Source of the DNA: Anaerolineae bacterium
GTDB lineage: Bacteria > Chloroflexota > Anaerolineae > Anaerolineales > Anaerolineaceae
NCBI GenBank assembly: GCA_021287005.1
Contig: JAJTBH010000001.1
Location: forward strand, 1-38,707
Length of the DNA: 38,707 nt
Direction: 5' to 3'
Shown: positions 33,321-38,707 of the stretch, one piece after another
How positions within the stretch are numbered: the first letter of the stretch is position 1
Layout of the letters: every line of letters starts with the position of its first letter
Notes under the pieces: generated by a model
Told to the model about the DNA's origin: nothing
What the model saw: only the letters and a program-made list of their open reading frames with translations
Databases searched by the model: none
Position numbers and translations under genes: made by a program

Positions 33321-35162
33321 ATGTTAAATAAAATTAAATATATGCTCGTCGGCTCGCCGCTGCCCAACCGCATGCTTGAAGATAAACAACTTAACAAAAT
33401 CAGGGCGCTGGCAGCCTTTTCGCCGGATGCACTTTCATCTGTGGCTTACGCCAACCAGGAAATTTACCTGGGCCTGGTGGTAGCCGGAGCAAGCGGTTTA
33501 TCGCTGCAACTGCCCATTGCCGGGGCAATTATTTTATTGTTGGCCATCGTGGCTTTATCATACGCCCAAACCATTCGCGGTTATCCCTCCGGTGGGGGGT
33601 CTTATGTGGTTGCCCGCGAAAACCTGGGCACCATACCGGGTTTAATTGCCGGCGGTGCTTTGCTGCTCGATTATATATTAACCGCCGCTGTCAGTCTGAC
33701 GGCCGGTGTGGCGGCCATTTCTTCCGCCTTCCCCGGTTTGTGGCCATACCGCGTCTGGCTGGCCTTGTTTTTACTGGTTTTAATCACCCTGCTTAATCTG
33801 CGCGGTCTAAAAGAATCCGGCACAATCATGTCCATCCCCATTTATTTGTTTATTCTGTGTTACGCCGTGATGATTTTTTATGGCCTGTATCGGGCTGTTG
33901 TTCAGGGAGCACCGGCCCCGCTAAGCTCGTTGGCGCCCGCGGCGGTTGAGCCGCTCAGTCTGTTGTTGATCATGCATGCATTTTCGGCCGGCTGCACGGC
34001 CCTGACCGGCATTGAAGCCATCAGCAACGGCATTCCTTCTTTTAAAACGCCTCAATGGAAAAACGCCCGCACCACCCTGGGTATTATGGCCCTGTTGATG
34101 GGTTTTCTGTTTGCCGGCAGCATCGGGTTAACCCAGTACCTGGGCGTCATAGCCGCACAACAGGAGACCATTCTGTCGGCGCTGGCGCGCACCCTGTTTG
34201 GCAGCGGCCCCATTTATTACCTGATTCAATTTTCCACGCTGGCCGTTCTGGCTGTGGCAGCCAACACCAGTTTTGCCGGTTTTCCGCGTGTGACGGCCAT
34301 TCTGGCAAAAGATAAATTTATGCCGCGCCAGTTGTTTAATCTCGGCGACCGCCTGGTGTTTCAAAACGGCATTATTTTATTAAGCGGGTTAACCGCCGCT
34401 TTAATCATCCTTTTTAATGGCGATTCACATGCCCTGATTCCCCTCTTTGCCGTGGGCGCATTCAGCGCTTTCACCCTATCGCAGGCCGGCATGGTCATTC
34501 ACTGGTACCGGTTAAAAGAAAAAGGCTGGTTAATTAAAGCGTTAATTAACGGTCTCGGCGCTCTGGTCACTTTTGTCGCATTAATGGTGATCGGCATCAG
34601 CAAATTTTTTGAAGGCGCCTGGATTTCGACCCTGGTGATTCCGGGATTCGTATTTTTATTCCTCAAGATTCGCCAACATTACCAGGCCGTTTCCAAACAG
34701 CTTTCCATGAGCGGGCTGCCGCCTTCGCTGCGCCCCCTTCCCAAACCGCGCATCATCATCCCGGTTTCCGGCGTGCATCGCGGCGTGGTTGAAGCGGTTA
34801 ATTTTTCGCGTTCCATTTCAGACAGCGTTACCGCCGTATTTATCGATATTGACCCCGGCCCGGACGAGGAGGAACTGCGCCGGCGCTGGAACGCCTGGTT
34901 TCCGGATGTAAAATTTGTGGTCGTGCCCTCGCCTTACCGCTCCATCGTGGAACCTTTATTAACTTATCTCGATTATACCGACAGTCTTAATAATGACGGG
35001 CAGCAGGCCATTCTGGTTTTGCCGGAATTAATCCCGGCTTCTCCCACGCAGGAGATTTTACACAACCAGTCAGCCGACCAGATTAAAAAAGCCCTCTTGT
35101 TCCAACGCCGTGTCAACGGGTTTCAACGGATTATTATCGACGTACCCTACCATTTACAATAA
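33321..35162 (+). CDS. kimA: APC-superfamily transporter, KimA (YdaO)-like K+/H+ symporter with a C-terminal cytoplasmic domain
   Basis: The N-terminus (..GSPLPN....DKQLNKIRALAAFSPDALSSVAYANQEI) and many later blocks (YPSGGGSYVV, LNLRGLKESG, FSAGCTALTGIEAISN, ILHNQSA) parallel B. subtilis KimA as I remember it. The length is also similar, at about 610 aa. Confidence 0.65.
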   Translation: MLNKIKYMLVGSPLPNRMLEDKQLNKIRALAAFSPDALSSVAYANQEIYLGLVVAGASGLSLQLPIAGAIILLLAIVALSYAQTIRGYPSGGGSYVVARENLGTIPGLIAGGALLLDYILTAAVSLTAGVAAISSAFPGLWPYRVWLALFLLVLITLLNLRGLKESGTIMSIPIYLFILCYAVMIFYGLYRAVVQGAPAPLSSLAPAAVEPLSLLLIMHAFSAGCTALTGIEAISNGIPSFKTPQWKNARTTLGIMALLMGFLFAGSIGLTQYLGVIAAQQETILSALARTLFGSGPIYYLIQFSTLAVLAVAANTSFAGFPRVTAILAKDKFMPRQLFNLGDRLVFQNGIILLSGLTAALIILFNGDSHALIPLFAVGAFSAFTLSQAGMVIHWYRLKEKGWLIKALINGLGALVTFVALMVIGISKFFEGAWISTLVIPGFVFLFLKIRQHYQAVSKQLSMSGLPPSLRPLPKPRIIIPVSGVHRGVVEAVNFSRSISDSVTAVFIDIDPGPDEEELRRRWNAWFPDVKFVVVPSPYRSIVEPLLTYLDYTDSLNNDGQQAILVLPELIPASPTQEILHNQSADQIKKALLFQRRVNGFQRIIIDVPYHLQ

Positions 35163-35165
35163 GAA

Positions 35166-35513
35166 TCAGGCACAGCGCAGCACATACCCCTCACTGCGGA
35201 CCGTGTGAATCAGGCGTGAAGCGCCGTCATGTTCCATCTTTTTTCGCAGGTGGCGCACGTACACATCCAACACGTTGCTGGCTGTGTCCGAATCGTCTCC
35301 CCACACGCGTTTAAATAGATACTGCCGCGTCAGAGTTTCTTCAGGATGCAGCATAAACAGGCGCATCAAAATGAATTCCCTGGCCGTTAATAAACTTTCC
35401 TGATCGTTACGCACTATCTGGTAATTTTGTACGTCCAATGTTAGATCGGCATAAACCAGCTTAACCTCTGCCTGCCGGTTTTCGCGATGTGGGCTGTACA
35501 ACATTCGCATCAT
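35166..35513 (-). CDS. Stand-alone OmpR/PhoB-type winged-helix DNA-binding protein (no receiver domain, 115 aa)
   Basis: Carries the Trans_reg_C signature: YADLTLDVQNYQIVRNDQESLLTAREFILMRLFM...VWG...DTASNVLDVYVRHLRKKME......IHTVRSEGYVL. It has its own strong RBS (GGAGGG, 4 nt before the ATG). Confidence 0.7.
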   Translation of the reverse strand: MMRMLYSPHRENRQAEVKLVYADLTLDVQNYQIVRNDQESLLTAREFILMRLFMLHPEETLTRQYLFKRVWGDDSDTASNVLDVYVRHLRKKMEHDGASRLIHTVRSEGYVLRCA

Positions 35514-35888
35514 ATACCCTCCTCATTCGATAACTATAAAATTAACCGCTAAATCTGAAGATTAATTCTCCCGCAAGTTTTTTCCTCTCAGGGGAGCCCT
35601 CGATCGATCTCACCTTTTTATTAAACAGGTGAAACGGCTTATTTGGGTATGCTCAATTTTTAACTCAATCCCGACTGTAAAGCAGGTTTTAACCCCAACC
35701 CAAACCGACATTATTTATTTTATTGTAGATCATATTTGTAGAATTTCAAATACTTTTCCGGACTTTTGGTTTTAATTTTTACGGTGGTTTTAAAAACATG
35801 CCATCTGGCAGGATAAGGCAGTTACTAATTTCTCTTTCTGGCGCTGGTAAACTAAAAATTTTTAATATAGCAGTATAATCAAGCCCAT

Positions 35889-37025
35889 ATGTTTACCGAA
35901 GCTCTTAATTCTCCCGTCTGGGTTCAGGATTCCGCCGGCTTAAAACAACTGGCCGGTTTGTTGGCCAACTGCCGCCAATTGGCCATCGACACCGAATCGA
36001 ACGGCCTGTTTGCCTATCGCGAGCAGGTCTGCCTGGTGCAGATTTCGGATGGCATCAACGATTATCTGATTGACTCCCTGGTTTTAAAAGATCTCTCGCC
36101 GCTGGCGCCCATCTTTGCCAACCCCGCTATTGAAAAAATATTTCACGCCTGTGAATACGATATTCTCTGCCTCAAGCGTGATTTTGGTTTTACCTTTAAT
36201 AACATCTTCGACACCATGGTCGCCAGTCGTATCCTCGGTTTTAAAGCCGTCGGCCTGGGCGGTGTGCTCGAAGAAGTTTTCGGGTTAAAAATTGACAAAC
36301 GCTTTCAGCAGGCCAACTGGGGGCAACGCCCCTTGATTAAAGCCATGATCGAATATGCCCGCCTGGACGTGCATTATCTGATTCCACTGCGTGAACGCCT
36401 AAAACAGCGCCTTGAAGATCAGGGCCGCTGGCTGCTGGCGCAGGAAGATTTTGAACGCCTCACCCACGTGGAAGCCAAAAAAGAAGCTTTTAACAGCGCC
36501 GATAGCACCTGGCGTGTAGCCGGTCAACATGAACTGGACCCCTATCAGGCCGCGGTTTTGCGAGAACTGATCGATTACCGCGAAAAATACGCCCACAAAC
36601 ATAACCTTCCCAACCATAAAGTTCTGGGTAATGCGCTGCTGGTCGAAATATCCCTGGCCCTGCCGCACAGTCTTGAAGACCTGGTGGAACATTGCGACAT
36701 CAGCATGAGCCTGGTGGATCGTCACGGCCAGGCCCTGGTCAACGCCGTGGAAAAAGGCCTGATCGCCGAACCCTTGCGCCGCCCCTGCCGCCCCAAACCC
36801 AGCCAGAATTACCTCGATCGCCTCGACACCCTGCGCGCCTGGCGTAAAAATACCGCGCAAAATCTGAACGTGGAATCGGATGTGGTTTTGCCGCGCGACC
36901 TGATGGAAAACATCGCCGCGCGCAACCCCGCCGACCGCAGCAGCCTGCAGGAAATCATGCGCGAAATTCCCTGGCGTTTTGAAAATTACGGCGACTCAAT
37001 CTTAAACAAATTGCAAACTTTATAA
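35889..37025 (+). CDS. rnd: Ribonuclease D (DEDD 3'-5' exonuclease plus HRDC domain)
   Basis: Contains LAIDTESNGLFAYREQVCLVQIS, HACEYDI, YARLDVHYL and an HRDC region (LRELIDYREKYAHKHNLP). Confidence 0.85.
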   Translation: MFTEALNSPVWVQDSAGLKQLAGLLANCRQLAIDTESNGLFAYREQVCLVQISDGINDYLIDSLVLKDLSPLAPIFANPAIEKIFHACEYDILCLKRDFGFTFNNIFDTMVASRILGFKAVGLGGVLEEVFGLKIDKRFQQANWGQRPLIKAMIEYARLDVHYLIPLRERLKQRLEDQGRWLLAQEDFERLTHVEAKKEAFNSADSTWRVAGQHELDPYQAAVLRELIDYREKYAHKHNLPNHKVLGNALLVEISLALPHSLEDLVEHCDISMSLVDRHGQALVNAVEKGLIAEPLRRPCRPKPSQNYLDRLDTLRAWRKNTAQNLNVESDVVLPRDLMENIAARNPADRSSLQEIMREIPWRFENYGDSILNKLQTL

Positions 37026-37114
37026 AGTCTTTTGTTACATTACCATCACAGGGGAATCTTATATAATGGTAATAGACACAAAAAACTACTTATGCCTTAT
37101 CCAGGAGAGACTCC

Positions 37115-38509
37115 ATGAGAATCTTTTTTAACGGCGCGGCCCAAACAGTTACCGGTTCACAGTATTTAATAGAAGTAAACGGCCAGCGCCTGCTTCTGGA
37201 ATGCGGTTTATTCCAGGGAAAGCGGGCTGAATCATTCGAACGTAACCAGAAATTCCGTTTTGCGCCCGAAACAGTCGACGCCATGATCCTTTCGCATGCC
37301 CATATCGACCATTCCGGCAACCTGCCCAACCTGGTTAAAAACGGTTACCGCGGACCCATTTTCACCACCCCCGCCACAGCCCGCCTGGCCGATGTCATGC
37401 TGCGTGATTCGGGCCACATCCAGGAACAGGACGCCATTTTTATTACCAAAAGGAACGCCCGCCGCGGCGAACCGCCCGTCGAACCGCTTTACACCGCCGA
37501 CGATGCCGCCCAAGTGGTCGATTTTTTCAGCCCGGTTAATTATTACGAAACCTTCATCCCCATCAAAGGCGTCTCGGCTTACCTGGCCGATTCGGGGCAT
37601 ATCCTGGGCGCCGCCTCGATTGTGCTGGATATTGAAGAAAAAGGCCGCGCGTATCGTTTCTGTTTTTCGGGCGACATCGGGCGCAACAACCTGCCGCTGT
37701 TAAACGACCCCGTGCTGCCCGTCGAACCGGATATTTTAATGATGGAATGCACCTACGGCGATAAAAACCGCGACGAACCCGAAGTGGCCCACCACGAATT
37801 TGGCGAAGTGGTTAAACGCACCATCGAACGCGGCGGCAAAGTGATTGTGCCGGCCTTCTCGGTGGGGCGCACCCAGGAATTGGTTTACACCCTCAACCAG
37901 TTAATCAGTGCCGGCAAGCTGCCGCACATCCCCGTGTATGTCGACAGCCCGCTCTCGGTGCAGGCCAGCAACGTTTTTCAATCCTTTCCTGAATATTTTG
38001 ACGAAGAAGCGCGCAAGTTTGTGGTCAACGGCAAACACCCCGCCCTCAACTTCGACGGCCTCACCTATATCCAAAGCGTCGACGAATCCAAAGCCTTAAA
38101 CGAACGCCGCGAACCGATGGTGATCATCTCCGCCTCCGGCATGGCCGAAAACGGGCGCATTCGCCACCACCTGGCCAATAACATCAACGACCCGCGCAAC
38201 GCCATTGTGATCGTCTCCTGGCAGTCCCCCGAAACCCTCGGCCGCCGCCTGGCCGACCATAACCGCTGGGTTTATATCTTCGGCGAACCTTACGAGGTGA
38301 AAGCCGAAGTGGTCACCATTAACGGTTTTTCGGCCCACGCCGACCAGGCCATGTTGTTAAACTACGCCAAAGCCGCCCTGCCCAAAGCCAAAACCGTCAT
38401 ACTGGTGCACGGCGAAGAACGCGCCGCCAAACCCTTTGAAGCCAAACTGCGCGAAATCGGGTACGAAGATATTCGTTACCCACAACTTTTCGATTTTATG
38501 GATTTATAA
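37115..38509 (+). CDS. MBL-fold / beta-CASP family RNA-metabolising hydrolase
   Basis: Contains GAAQTVTGSQYL, HAHIDHSGNLP, MECTYGD and GFSAHAD, with a C-terminal RNA-specificity-type region. A GGAGAG RBS is present. Confidence 0.85.
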   Translation: MRIFFNGAAQTVTGSQYLIEVNGQRLLLECGLFQGKRAESFERNQKFRFAPETVDAMILSHAHIDHSGNLPNLVKNGYRGPIFTTPATARLADVMLRDSGHIQEQDAIFITKRNARRGEPPVEPLYTADDAAQVVDFFSPVNYYETFIPIKGVSAYLADSGHILGAASIVLDIEEKGRAYRFCFSGDIGRNNLPLLNDPVLPVEPDILMMECTYGDKNRDEPEVAHHEFGEVVKRTIERGGKVIVPAFSVGRTQELVYTLNQLISAGKLPHIPVYVDSPLSVQASNVFQSFPEYFDEEARKFVVNGKHPALNFDGLTYIQSVDESKALNERREPMVIISASGMAENGRIRHHLANNINDPRNAIVIVSWQSPETLGRRLADHNRWVYIFGEPYEVKAEVVTINGFSAHADQAMLLNYAKAALPKAKTVILVHGEERAAKPFEAKLREIGYEDIRYPQLFDFMDL

Positions 38510-38518
38510 GCCGCTTTC

Positions 38519-38527
38519 TGCTATAAT
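38519..38527 (+). promoter_or_regulatory. Extended -10 element (TGCTATAAT) upstream of tRNA-Ser
   Basis: TGC then TATAAT (38522-38527), ending 13 nt before tRNA position 1. The -35 is weak. Confidence 0.4.
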
Positions 38528-38540
38528 AACGCAGCTTAAC

Positions 38541-38632
38541 GGAGAGATGCCAGAGTGGTTGAATGGGGCGGTCTCGAAAACCGTTGTGGTCCGTAAGGGT
38601 CACCGTGGGTTCGAATCCCACTCTCTCCGCCA
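38541..38632 (+). tRNA. tRNA-Ser (anticodon CGA) with encoded CCA
   Basis: The cloverleaf was folded by eye: acceptor stem GGAGAGA/TCTCTCC, anticodon stem GCGGT/ACCGT, loop CT-CGA-AA, a long variable arm (TGTGGTCCGTAAGGGTCACCG), T-arm GTGGG-TTCGAAT-CCCAC, discriminator G and CCA. It is near-identical in layout to E. coli tRNA-Ser(CGA) as I recall it. Confidence 0.9.
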
Positions 38633-38672
38633 TTTTAAATCACCGTGCGCCCCATCGAGGGGTGATATTCAC

Positions 38673-38693
38673 ATCCCACTCTCTCCGCCATTT
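38673..38693 (+). repeat. 21-bp perfect direct repeat of the tRNA-Ser 3' end (att-like)
   Basis: ATCCCACTCTCTCCGCCATTT occurs at 38615-38635 (the T-arm/acceptor 3' half of the tRNA plus 3 nt) and again at 38673-38693. Confidence 0.85.
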
Positions 38694-38707
38694 GTTTTTA
38701 TAGAATA

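Noticed and set aside
36399-36860. A 153-aa ORF lies antisense to rnd.
   Set aside because: It is a shadow of the RNase D coding frame and has no start signals or domain.
1-38707. I searched for defence systems, toxin-antitoxin pairs, transposases, integrases and prophage genes.
   Set aside because: None of the 35 proteins shows nuclease/ATPase/methylase, TIR, Sir2, reverse-transcriptase, integrase or transposase signatures that I can recognise. The window looks like core chromosome rather than an accessory island.

Overview
This is a 38.7-kb, gene-dense chromosomal segment with 35 protein genes and one tRNA. The protein repertoire and codon style (GC-rich third positions but frequent TTA/AAA) suggest a Chloroflexota/Anaerolineae-like bacterium, but that is an unverified guess. 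The content is mostly ordinary.

Gene content:
- Housekeeping: hutI 3' end, rho, holA, mutY, pcm, rnd, a beta-CASP RNase and tRNA-Ser(CGA).
- Cell-wall remodelling: an SLT transglycosylase, a LysM/YkuD L,D-transpeptidase and a LysM/M23 peptidase.
- Transport: two tandem MFS paralogs under a DeoR regulator, and a KimA-like K+ transporter.
- Signal transduction, which is unusually abundant: 7TM-PAS-GGDEF, PAS/GAF/HD-GYP, a GAF-HisKA_3 kinase, a Cys-rich hybrid kinase, an orphan MCP with a CZB domain, a LuxR solo, a receiver-less OmpR-type wHTH and a stand-alone PAS.

I see no CRISPR array, transposase, integrase, toxin-antitoxin pair or recognisable defence genes. I cannot honestly point to a convincing new multi-gene system.

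Best leads for unexplained biology:
1. An orphan strong promoter with a Cheo-type LexA-like box (AGAAC-N4-GTTCT) drives about 300 nt of ORF-free structured RNA upstream of the LuxR-solo/GGDEF pair.
2. Two long ORF-free regions flank the L,D-transpeptidase gene. They are seeded with a recurrent GTATTTACTCAC motif, including a perfect 12-bp inverted repeat, and one carries a copy of a roughly 60-bp structured repeat that recurs 20 kb away.
3. A five-gene string with 1-3 nt gaps embeds holA between c-di-GMP/PAS/DUF952 genes and an orphan histidine kinase.
4. A hybrid kinase with a 4-Cys sensor is co-transcribed with an unknown 251-aa protein and lies divergent from an unknown 4-TM protein.
5. Tandem hairpin arrays sit at two convergent gene junctions, and a 21-bp duplication of the tRNA-Ser 3' end (att-like scar) lies at the right edge of the window.
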